Positions 52,450-64,000 of a stretch of 64,000 bases of DNA are shown in pieces. A program made the translations under genes and the position numbers. Within the stretch, counting starts at the first letter, position 1, and each line of letters starts with the position of its first letter. This DNA is from Eledone cirrhosa (lineage: Eukaryota): the NCBI GenBank assembly GCA_964016885.1, contig OZ024742.1:162936001-163000000 (forward strand), in the 5' to 3' direction. Below the pieces are notes generated by a model that was given only the letters and a program-made list of their open reading frames with translations, searched no databases and was not told where the DNA came from.

Positions 52450-54760
52450 TCTCCCCCTGATTTTTTTTTACAAATTATCTCCCCCTGATTTTTTTTTACA
52501 AATTATCTCACCCTGATTTTTTTTACAAATTATATCCCCCTGATTTTTTTACAAATTATCTCCCCTTGGCTGGCTGGAAATTATCTCCCCTTGGAGGCTG
52601 GAATTTATCTCCCCTTGGACGGCTAGAAATTACCTCTCCTTGGACGGCTGGAAAATATGTCTCCTTGGACGGCTGGATATTATCTACCCTTGGACGGCTG
52701 GAAATTATATCCCCTTGGACGGCTGGAAATTATCTCCCCTTGGACGGCTGGAAATTATCTCCCCTTGGACGGCTGGAAATTATCTCCCCTTGGACGGCTA
52801 GATATTACCTCCCCTTGGACGGCTGGAAATTATCTCCCCTTGATTTTTTTTACAAATTATCTCCCCCTGATTTTTTTTTACAAATTATCTCCCCCTGATT
52901 TTTTTTTACGAATCATCTCCCCCTGATTTTTTTTTAGAAATTATCTCCGCCTGATTTTTTTTTTAAAATTATCTCCCCTTGGACGGCTAGAAATTACCTC
53001 TCCTTGGACGGCTGAAAATTATCTCCCCTTGGACGGCTGCAAATTATCTCCCCTTGATTTTTTAACAAATTATCTCCCCCTGATTTTTTTTTACAAATTA
53101 TCTCCCCCTGATTTTTTTTTACAAATTATCTCCCCCTGATTTTTTTTTACAAATTATCTCCCCCTGATTTTTTTTTACAAATTATCTCACCCTGATTTTT
53201 TTTACAAATTATCTCCCCCTGATTTTTTTACAAATTATCTCCCCTTGGCTGGCTGGAAATTATCTCCCCTTGGAGGCTGGAATTTATCTCCCCTTGGACG
53301 GCTAGAAATTACCTCTCCTTGGACGGCTGGAAAATATGTCTCCTTGGACGGCTGGATATTATCTACCCTTGGACGGCTGGAAATTATATCCCCTTGGACG
53401 GCTGGAAATTATCTCCCCTTGGACGGCTGGAAATTATCTCCCCTTGGACGGCTGGAAATTATCTCCCCTTGGACGGCTAGATATTACCTCCCCTTGGACG
53501 GCTGGAAATTATCTCCCCTTGATTTTTTTTACAAATTATCTCCCCCTGATTTTTTTTTACAAATTATCTCCCCCTGATTTTTTTTTACGAATCATCTCCC
53601 CCTGATTTTTTTTTAGAAATTATCTCCGCCTGATTTTTTTTTTAAAATTATCTCCCCTTGGACGGCTAGAAATTACCTCTCCTTGGACGGCTGAAAATTA
53701 TCTCCCCTTGGACGGCTGCAAATTATCTCCCCTTGATTTTTTAACAAATTATCTCCCCCTGATTTTTTTTTACAAATTATCTCCCCCTGATTTTTTTTTA
53801 CAAATTATCTACGCCTAATTTTTTTTACAAATTATCTCCCCCTGATTTTTTTTTACAAATTATCTCCCCCTGATTTTTTTTACAAATTATCTCCCCCTGA
53901 TTTTTTTTTACAAATTATCCCCCTGATTTTTTTACAAATTATCTCCCCTCTGATTTTTTTTACAATCTCCGCCTGATTTTTTAAAAAATTATCTTCCCTT
54001 GGCTGGCGGGAAATTATCTCCCCTTGGACGGCTGGAAATTATATCCCCTTGGACGGCTGGAAATTACCTCCCCTTGGACAGCTGGAAATTATCTGCCCTT
54101 GATTTTGTTTTTACAAATTATCTCCCCCTGATTTTTTTTACAAATTATCTCCACCTGATTTTTTAAAAAATTATCTCCCTTTGGACGGCTGGAAATTATC
54201 TCCCCTTGATTTTTTTACAAATTATCTCCCCCTGATTTTTTTTACAAATTATCTCCCCCTGATTTTTTTTTTACAAATTATCTCCCCCTGATTTTTTTAC
54301 AAATTATCTCCCCCTGATTTTTTTTACAAATTATCTCCGCCTGATTTTTTTAAATATTATCTTCTCTTGGCTGGCGGGAAATTATCTCCCCTTGGACGGC
54401 TGAAAATTATCTCCCCTTGGACGGCTGGAAATTATCTCCCCTTGATTTTTTTTACAAATTATCTCCCCCTGATTTTTTTTTACAAATTATCTCCCCCTGA
54501 TTTTTTTTTACAAATTATCTCCCCCTGATTTTTTTTTACAAATTATCTCCCCCTGATTTTTTTACAAATTATCTCCCCCTGATTTTTTTACAAATTATCT
54601 CCCCTTAGCTGGCTGGAAATTATCTCCCCTTGGAGGCTGGAATTTATCTCCCCTTGGACGGCTAGAAATTACCTCTCCTTGGACGGCTGGAAAATATGTC
54701 CTTGGACGGCTGGATATTATCTACCCTTGGACGGCTGGAAATTATCTCCCCTTGGACGGC
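52450..54760 (+). repeat. Copy of ~20150-22460 including the 679-bp duplication (offset 32,296 bp)
   Basis: ORF pairs 20270/52566 and 20949/53245. Shared markers are ACGAATCATC, ATTATCCCCCTG and ATCTCCCCTCTG. Confidence 0.87.
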
Positions 54761-57700
54761 TGGAAATTATCTCTCCTCGGACGACTAGAAATTACCTCTC
54801 CTTGGACAGCTGAAAATTATCTCCCCTTGGACGGCTGGAAATTATCTCCCCTTGATTTTTTTTACAAATTATCTCCCCCTGATTTTTTTTACAAATTATC
54901 TCCCCCTAATTTTTTTTTACAAATTATCTCCCCCTGATTTTTTTTACAAATTATCTCCCCCTGATATTTTTTACAAATTATCTCCCCCTGATTTTTTTAC
55001 AAATTATCTCCCCTTGGCTGGCTGGAAATTATCTCCGCTTGGAGGCTGGAATTTATCTCCCCTTGGACGGCTAGAAATTACCTCGCCTTGGACGGCTGGA
55101 AAATATGTCTCCTTGGACGGCTGGAAATTATCTCCCCTTGGACGGCTGGAAATTATCTCCCCTTGGACGGCTGGAAATTATCTCCCCTTGGACGGCTAGA
55201 TATTACCTCCCCTTGGACGGCTGGAAATTATCTCCCCTTGATTTTTTTTACAATTTATCTCCCCCTGATTTTTTTTTACAAATTATCTCCCCCTGATTTT
55301 TTTTTACGAATTATCTCCCCCTGATTTTTTTTTACAAATTATCTCCGCCTGATTTTTTTTTAAAAATTATCTCCCCTTGAACGGCTGGAAATTATCTCCC
55401 CTTGGACGGCTGGAAATTATCTCCCCTTGGACGGCTAGAAATTACCTCTCCTTGGACGGCTGAAAATTATCTCCCCTTGGACGGCTGCAAATTATCTCCC
55501 CTTGATTTTTTAACAAATTATCTCCCCCTGATTTTTTTTTACAAATTATCTCCCCCTGATTTTTTTTTACAAATTATCTACGCCTAATTTTTTTTACTAA
55601 TTATCTCCCCCTGATTTTTTTTTACAAATTATCTCCCCCTGATTTTTTTACAAATTATCTCCCCCTGATTTTTTTTTACAAATTATTTCCCCCTGATTTT
55701 TTTACAAATTATATCCACCCTGATTTTTTTTACAATCTCCGCCTGATTTTTTTAAAAATTATCTTCCCTTGGCTGGCGGGAAATTATCTCCCCTTGGACG
55801 GCTGGAAATTATATCCCCTTGGAAGGATGGAAATTATCTCCCCTTGGACGGCTGGAAATTATCTCCCCTTGGACGGCTGGAAATTATCTCCCCTTGGACA
55901 GCTGGAAATTATCTGCCCTTGATTTTGTTTTTACAAATTATCTACCCCTGATTTTTTTTACAAATTATCTCCACCTGATTTTTAAAAAAATTATCTTCCC
56001 TTGGACGGCTGGAAATTATCTCCCCTTGATTTTTTTACAAATTATCTCCCCCTGATTTTTTTTACAAATTATCTCCCCCTGATTTTTTTTTACAAATTAT
56101 CTCCCCCTGATTTTTTTACAAATTATCTCCCCCGATTTTTTTTACAAATTATCTCCGCCTGATTTTTTTAAATATTATCTTCCCTTGGCTGGCGGGAAAT
56201 TATCTCCCCTTGGACGGCTGAAAATTATCTCCCCTTGGACGGCTGGAAATTATCTCCCCTTGATTTTTTTTACAAATTATCTACCCCTGATTTTTTTTTA
56301 CAAATTATCTCCCCCTGATTTTTTTTTACAAATTATCTCCCCCTGATTTTTTTTTACAAATTATCTCACCCTGATTTTTTTTACAAATTATCTCCCCCTG
56401 ATTTTTTTACAAATTATCTCCCCTTGGCTGGCTGGAAATTATCTCCCCTTGGAGGCTGGAATTTATCTCCCCTTGGACGGCTAGAAATTACCTCTCCTTG
56501 GACGGCTGGAAAATATGTCTCCTTGGACGGCTGGATATTATCTACCCTTGGACGGCTGGAAATTATCTCCCCTTGGACGGCTGGAAATTATCTCCCCTTG
56601 GACGGCTAGATATTACCTCCCCTTGGACGGCTGGAAATTATCTCCCCCTGATTTTTTTACAAATTATCTCCCCCTGATTTTTTTTACAAATTATCTCCGC
56701 CTAATTTTTTTAAATATTATCTTCCCTTGGCTGGCGGGAAATTATCTCCCCTTGGACGGCTGAAAATTATCTCCCCTTGATTTTTTTTTACAAATTATCT
56801 CCCCGATTTTTTTTTACAAATTATCTCCCCCTGATTTTTTTTACAAATTATCTGCACCTGATTTTTTAAAAAATTATCTCCCCTTGGACGGCTGGAAATT
56901 ATCTCCCCTTGATTTTTTTACAAATTATCTCCCCCTGATTTTTTTTACAAATTATCTCCCCCTGATTTTTTTTTACGAATTATCTCCCCCTGATTTTTTT
57001 TTATAAATTATCTCCGCCTGATTTTTTTTTAAAAATTATCTCCCCTTGAACGGCTGGAAATTATCTCCCCTTGGACGGCTGGAAATTATCTCCCCTTGGA
57101 CGGCTAGAAATTACCTCTCCTTGGACGGCTGAAAATTATCTCCCCTTGGACGGCTGCAAATTATCTCCCCTTGATTTTTTAACAAATTATCTCCCCCTGA
57201 TTTTTTTTTACAAATTATCTCCCCCTGATTTTTTTTTACAAATTATCTACGCCTAATTTTTTTTACAAATTATCTCCCCCTGATTTTTTTTTACAAATTA
57301 TCTCCCCCTGATTTTTTTTACAAATTATCTCCCCCTGATTTTTTTTTACAAATTATTTCCCCCTGATTTTTTTACAAATTATCTCCCCCCTGATTTTTTT
57401 TACAATCTCCGCCTGATTTTTTTAAAAATTATCTTCCCTTGGCTGGCGGGAAATTATCTCCCCTTGGACGGCTGGAAATTATATCCCCTTGGACGGCTGG
57501 AAATTACCTCCCCTTGGACAGCTGGAAATTATCTGCCCTTGATTTTGTTTTTACAAATTATCTCCCCCTGATTTTTTTTACAAATTATCTCCACCTGATT
57601 TTTTAAAAAATTATCTCCCCTTGGACGGCTGGAAATTATCTCCCCTTGATTTTTTTACAAATTATCTCCCCCTGATTTTTTTTACAAATTATCTCCCCCT

Positions 57701-60700
57701 GATTTTTTTTTTACAAATTATCTCCCCCTGATTTTTTTACAAATTATCTCCCCCTGATTTTTTTTATAAATTATCTCCGCCTGATTTTTTTAAATATTAT
57801 CTTCCCTTGGCTGGCGGGAAATTATCTCCCCTTGGACGGCTGAAAATTATCTCCCCTTGGACGGCTGGAAATTATCTCCCCTTGATTTTTTTTACAAATT
57901 ATCTCCCCCTGATTTTTTTTTACAAATTATCTCCCCCTGATTTTTTTTTACAAATTATCTCCCCCTGATTTTTTTTTACAAATTATCTGCCCCTGATTTT
58001 TTTTACAAATTATCTCCCTCTGATTTTTTTACAAATTATCTCCCCTTGGCTGGCTGGAAATTATCTCCCCTTGGAGGCTGGAATTTATCTCCCCTTGGAC
58101 GGCTAGAAATTACCTCGCCTTGGACGGCTGGAAAATATTTCTCCTTGGACGGCTGGATATTATCTACCCTTGGACGGGTGGAAATTATCTCCCCTTGGAC
58201 GGCTGGAAATTATCTCCCCTTGGACGGCTAGATATTACCTCCCCTTGGACGGCTGGAAATTATCTCCCCTTGATTTTTTTTACAAATTATCTCCCCCTGA
58301 TTTTTTTTTTACAAATTATCTCCCCCTGATTTTTTTACAAATTATCTCCCCCTGATTTTTTTTACAAATTATCTCCGCCTGATTTTTTTAAATATTATCT
58401 TCTCTTGGCTGGCGGGAAATTATCTCCCCTTGGACGGCTGAAAATTATCTCCCCTTGGACGGCTGGAAATTATCTCCCCTTGATTTTTTTTACAAATTAT
58501 CTCCCCCTGATTTTTTTTTACAAATTATCTCCCCCTGATTTTTTTTTACAAATTATCTCCCCCTGATTTTTTTTTACAAATTATCTCCCCCTGATTTTTT
58601 TTTACAAATTATCTCCCCTTGATTTTTTTACAAATTATCTCCCCTTAGCTGGCTGGAAATTATCTCCCCTTGGAGGCTGGAATTTATCTCCCCTTGGACG
58701 GCTAGAAATTACCTCTCCTTGGACGGCTGGAAAATATGTCCTTGGACGGCTGGATATTATCTACCCTTGGACGGCTGGAAATTATCTCCCCTTGGACGGC
58801 TGGAAATTATCTCCCCTTGGACGGCTAGATATTACCTCCCCTTGGACGGCTGGAAATTATCTCCCCTTGATTTTTTTTACAAATTATCTCCCCCTGATTT
58901 TTTTTTACAAATTATCTCCCCCTGATTTTTTTTTACAAATTATCTACCCCTGATTTTTTTTTACAAATTATCTCCCCCTGATTTTTTTTACAAATTATCT
59001 CTCCCTGATTTTTTTTTACAAATTATCTCCCCCTGATTTTTTTTTACAAATTATCTACCCCTGATTTTTTTTTACAAATTATCTCCCCCTGATTTTTTTT
59101 ACAAATTATTTCCCCCTGATTTTTTTTACAAATTATCTCCCCCTGATTTTTTTACAAATTATCTCCCCCCGATTTTTTTTACAAATTATCTCCGCCTAAT
59201 TTTTTTAAATATTATCTTCCCTTGGCTGGCGGGAAATTATCTCCCCTTGGACGGCTGAAAATTATCTCCCCTTGGACGGCTGGAAATTATCTCCCCTTGA
59301 TTTTTTTACAAATTATCTCCCCCTGATTATTTTTTACAAATTATCTCCCCCTGATTTTTTTTTACAAATTATCTCCCCCTGATTTTTTTACAAATTATCT
59401 CCCCTTGGCTGGCTGGAAATTATCTCCCCTTGGAGGCTGGAATTTATCTCCCCTTGGACGGTTAGAAATTACCTCTCCTTGGACTGCTGGAAAATATGTC
59501 TCCTTGGACGGCTGGAAATTATCTCCCCTGCGACGGCTGGAAATTATCTCCCCTTGGACGGCTGGAAATTATCTCCCCTTGGACGGCTAGATATTACCTC
59601 CCCTTGGACGGCTGGAAATTATCTCCCCTTGGACGGCTAGATATTACCTCCCCTTGGACGGCTGGAAATTATCTCCCCTTGATTTTTTTTACAAATTATC
59701 TCCCCCTGATTTTTTTTTACAAATTATCTCCCCCTGATTTTTTTTTACGAATTATCTCCCCCCGATTTTTTTTTACAAATTATCTCTGCCTGATTTTTTA
59801 AAAAAAATTATCTCCCCTTGAACGGCTGGAAATTATCTCCCCTTGGACGGCTGGAAATTATCTCCCCTTGGACGGCTAGAAATTACCTCTCCTTGGACGG
59901 CTGAAAATTATCTCCCCTTGGACGGCTGCAAATTATCTCCCCTTGATTTTTTAACAAATTATCTCCCCCTGATTTTTTTTTACAAATTATCTCCCCCTGA
60001 TTTTTTTTTTAAAATTATCTCCCCCTGATTTTTTTACAAATTATCTCCCCCTGATTTTTTTTACAATCTCCGCCTGATTTTTTTAAAAATTATCTTCCCT
60101 TGGCTGGCGGGAAATTATCTCCCCTTGGACGGCTGGAAATTATATCCCCTTGGAAGGATGGAAATTATCTCCCCTTGGACGGCTGGAAATTATCTCCCCT
60201 TGGACGGCTGGAAATTATCTCCCCTTGGACAGCTGGAAATTATCTGCCCTTGATTTTGTTTTTACAAATTATCTCCCCCTGATTTTTTTTACAAATTATC
60301 TCCACCTGATTTTTTCAAAAATTATCTCCCCTTGGACGGCTGAAAATTATCTCCCCTTGATTTTTTTACAAATTATCTCCCCCTGATTTTTTTTACAAAT
60401 TATCTCCCCCTGATTTTTTGTTACAAATTATCTCCCCCTGATTTTTTTACAAATTATCTCCCCCTGATTTTTTTTACAAATTATCTCCGCCTGATTTTTT
60501 TAAATATTATCTTCCCTTGGCTGGCGGGAAATTATCTCCCCTTGGACGGCTGAAAATTATCTCCCCTTGGACGGCTGGAAATTATCTCCCCCTGATTTTT
60601 TTTACAAATTATCTCCCCCTGATTTTTTTTTACAAATTATCTCCCCCTGATTTTTTTTTACAAATTATCTGCCCCTGATTTTTTTTACAAATTATCTCCC

Positions 60701-63700
60701 CCTGATTTTTTTACAAATTATCTCCCCTTGGCTGGCTGGAAATTATCTCCCCTTGGAGGCTGGAATTTATCTCCCCTTGGACGGCTAGAAATTACCTCTC
60801 CTTGGACGGCTGGAAAATATTTCTCCTTGGACGGCTGGATATTATCTACCCTTGGACGGGTGGAAATTATCTCCCCTTAGACGGCTGGAAATTATCTCCC
60901 CTTGGACGGCTAGATATTACCTCCCCTTGGACGGCTGGAAATTATCTCCCCTTGATTTTTTTTACAAATTATCTCCCCCTGATTTTTTTTTACAAATTAT
61001 CTCCCCCTGATTTTTTTTACAAATTATCTCCCCCTGATTTTTTTACAAATTATCTCCCCCCGATTTTTTTTACAAATTATATCCGCCTAATTTTTTTAAA
61101 TATTATCTTCCCTTGGCTGGCGGGAAATTATCTCCCCTTGGACGGCTGAAAATTATCTCCCCTTGGACGGCTGGAAATTATCTCCCCTTGATTTTTTTAC
61201 AAATTATCTCCCCCTGATTATTTTTTACAAATTATCTCCCCCTGATTTTTTTTTACAAATTATCTCCCTCTGATTTTTTTTACAAATTATCTCCCCTTGG
61301 CTGGCTGGAAATTATCTCCCCTTGGAGGCTGGAATTTATCTCCCCTTGGACGGTTAGAAATTACCTCTCCTTGGACTGCTGGAAAATATGTCTCCTTGGA
61401 CGGCTGGAAATTATCTCCCCTTGGACGGCTGGAAATTATCTCCCCTTGGACGGCTGGAAATTATCTCTCCTCGGACGACTAGAAATTACCTCTCCTTGGA
61501 CAGCTGAAAATTATCTCCCCTTGGACGGCTGGAAATTATCTCCCCTTGATTTTTTTTACAAATTATCTCCCCCTGATTTTTTTTACAAATTATCTCCCCC
61601 TGATTTTTTTTTACAAATTATCTCCACCTGATTTTTTTTTACAAATTATCTGCCCCTGATTTTTTTAACAAATTATCTCCCCCTGATTTTTTTACAAATT
61701 ATCTCCCCTTGGCTGGCTGGAAATTATCTCCCCTTGGAGGCTGGAATTTATCTCCCTTTGGACGGCTAGAAATTACCTCTCCTTGGACGGCTGGAAAATA
61801 TTTCTCCTTGGACGGCTGGATATTATCTACCCTTGGACGGGTGGAAATTATCTCCCCTTGGACGGCTGGAAATTATCTCCCCTTGGACGGCTAGATATTA
61901 CCTCCCCTTGGACGGCTGGAAATTATCTCCCCTTGATTTTTTTTACAAATTATCTCCCCCTGATTTTTTTTTACAAATTATCTCCCCCTGATTTTTTTAC
62001 AAATTATCTCCCCCTGATTTTTTTTACAAATTATCTCCGCCTGATTTTTTAAAATATTATCTTCTCTTGGCTGGCGGGAAATTATCTCCCCTTGGACGGC
62101 TGAAAATTATCTCCCCTTGGACGGCTGGAAATTATCTCCCCTTGATTTTTTTTACAAATTATCTCCCCCTGATTTTTTTTTACAAATTATCTCCCCCTGA
62201 TTTTTTTTTACAAATTATCTCCCCCTGATTTTTTTTTACAAATTATCTCCCCCTGATTTTTTTTACAAATTATCTCCCCCTGATTTTTTTACAAATTATC
62301 TCCCCTTAGCTGGCTGGAAATTATCTCCCCTTGGAGGCTGGAATTTATCTCCCCTTGGACGGCTAGAAATTACCTCTCCTTGGACGGCTGGAAAATATGT
62401 CCTTGGACGGCTGGATATTATCTACCCTTGGACGGCTGGAAATTATCTCCCCTTGGACGGCTGGAAATTATCTCCCCTTGGACGGCTAGATATTAGCTCC
62501 CCTTGGACGGCTGGAAATTATCTACCCCTGATTTTTTTTTACAAATTATCTCCCCCTGATTTTTTTTACAAATTATCTCTCCCTGATTTTTTTTTACAAA
62601 TTATCTCCCCCTGATTTTTTTTTACAAATTATCTACCCCTGATTTTTTTTTACAAATTATCTCCCCCTGATTTTTTTTACAAATTATCTCCCCCTGATTT
62701 TTTTTACAAATTATCTCCCCCTGATTTTTTTACAAATTATCTCCCCCCGATTTTTTTTACAAATTATCTCCGCCTAATTTTTTTAAATATTATCTTCCCT
62801 TGGCTGGCGGGAAATTATCTCCCCTTGGACGGCTGAAAATTATCTCCCCTTGGACGGCTGGAAATTATCTCCCCTTGATTTTTTTACAAATTATCTCCCC
62901 CTGATTATTTTTTACAAATTATCTCCCCCTGATTTTTTTTTACAAATTATCTCCCTCTGATTTTTTTTACAAATTATCTCCCCTTGGCTGGCTGGAAATT
63001 ATCTCCCCTTGGAGGCTGGAATTTATCTCCCCTTGGACGGTTAGAAATTACCTCTCCTTGGACTGCTGGAAAATATGTCTCCTTGGACGGCTGGAAATTA
63101 TCTCCCCTGGGACGGCTGGAAATTATCTCCCCTTGGACGGCTGGAAATTATCTCTCCTCGGACGACTAGAAATTACCTCTCCTTGGACAGCTGAAAATTA
63201 TCTCCCCTTGGACGGCTGGAAATTATCTCCCCTTGATTTTTTTTACAAATTATCTCCCCCTGATTTTTTTTTACAAATTATCTCCCCCTGATTTTATTTT
63301 ACAAATTATCTCCCCCTGATTTTTTTTACAAATTATCTCCCCCTGATTTTTTTACAAATTATCTCCCCTTGGCTGGCTGGAAATTATCTCCCCTTGGAGG
63401 CTGGAATTTATCTCCCCTTGGACGGCTAGAAATTACCTCGCCTTGGACGGCTGGAAAATATGTCTCCTTGGACGGCTGGAAATTATCTCCCCTTGGACGG
63501 CTGGAAATTATCTCCCCTTGGACGGCTGGAAATTATCTCCCCTTGGACGGCTAGATATTACCTCCCCTTGGACGGCTGGAAATTATCTCCCCTTGGTTTT
63601 TTTACAAATTATCTCCCCCTGATTTTTTTTTACAAATTATCTCCCCCTGATTTTTTTTTACAAATTATCTCCCCCTGATTTTTTTTTACAAATTATCTCA

Positions 63701-64000
63701 CCCTGATTTTTTTTACAAATTATATCCCCCTGATTTTTTTACAAATTATCTCCCCTTGGCTGGCTGGAAATTATCTCCCCTTGGAGGCTGGAATTTATCT
63801 CCCCTTGGACGGCTAGAAATTACCTCTCCTTGGACGGCTGGAAAATATGTCTCCTTGGACGGCTGGATATTATCTACCCTTGGACGGCTGGAAATTATAT
63901 CCCCTTGGACGGCTGGAAATTATCTCCCCTTGGACGGCTGGAAATTATCTCCCCTTGGACGGCTGGAAATTATCTCCCCTTGGACGGCTAGATATTACCT
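54750..64000 (+). repeat. Copy of ~41120-52810 lacking the 2,544-bp duplication
   Basis: ORF offsets: 41222/54852 and 42794/56424 (13,630); 43337/57071 to 47975/61709 (13,734); 50519/61709, 51794/62984 and 52179/63369 (11,190). Confidence 0.9.

Larger units (their letters stand above)
1..64000. repeat. Composite tandem satellite array of 25-bp A and 26-29-bp B monomers sharing the core AAATTATCTCCCC(C/T)T
   Basis: The core or a close variant recurs every ~23-29 bp from base 1 to 64000, always in the same orientation. I saw no unique insert or inversion. Confidence 0.99.

Noticed and set aside
986-63678. About 190 short plus-strand ORFs (WKLSPLGRLEIISPWTAGNYLPLDG and FFYKLSPPD repeats) as a repeat-protein family
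   Set aside because: They are the three-frame translation of a 25-bp unit (75-bp/25-aa cycle). They overlap in all frames, mostly start at TTG, are broken by T-run length changes and by TGA/TAG, and show no frame preservation.
1-64000. CRISPR or CRISPR-like array (constant core plus spacers)
   Set aside because: The intervening segments are only 10-14 bp and of two recurring types rather than unique spacers. The core is about 15 bp, and there is no leader or cas gene in the window.
1-64000. Programmed frameshift or phase-variation system based on the poly-T tracts
   Set aside because: There is no credible gene to switch. Tract lengths are stable between copies, and B units carry TGA.
1-64000. 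Canonical G-quadruplex array on the minus strand
   Set aside because: The G4-5 runs are separated by ~21-24-nt loops, far beyond the usual 1-7 nt, so stable G4 is not supported without experiment.
1-64000. Pure sequencing or concatemer artefact
   Set aside because: Nested duplications with shared and private variants and consistent T-run patterns are unlike random error or a single-circle concatemer. Local mis-assembly of copy number cannot be excluded.
1-64000. Plasmid or phage iterons, or direct telomerase-synthesised repeats
   Set aside because: The array is far too long for iterons and has no rep gene. Ordered slot-specific variants copied over kilobases do not fit unit-by-unit synthesis from one short template.

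Overview
The whole 64 kb window is one uninterrupted, single-orientation tandem-repeat (satellite-type) array, and it runs off both ends. I see no unique sequence, gene, RNA gene, transposon or CRISPR locus. All listed ORFs are translations of the repeat. The array has about 2,450 monomers (estimated as 64,000/26) of two kinds that share a core, AAATTATCTCCCC(C/T)T. Monomer A is 25 bp, GGACGGCTGG-AAATTATCTCCCCTT (52% GC). Monomer B is usually 26-29 bp, GA(T)7-10AC-AAATTATCTCCCCCT (about 30% GC). Runs of A and B alternate. The A runs fall into about five stereotyped cassettes with ordered, position-specific variants, and these cassettes follow each other in a largely fixed order. Above that level are local tandem duplications (436, 679, 955, ~1,816-1,896, ~2,059-2,272 and 2,544 bp) and multi-kb near-identical copies (offsets 8,490, ~11,165, ~11,190/13,630, ~18,000, ~20,000 and 32,296 bp). 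This most resembles eukaryotic centromeric, pericentromeric or subtelomeric satellite with actively reshuffling higher-order repeats, but the organism and function cannot be determined from the sequence. Offsets come from matching entries in the ORF track plus visual checks. Duplication boundaries are approximate (about +/-100 bp).
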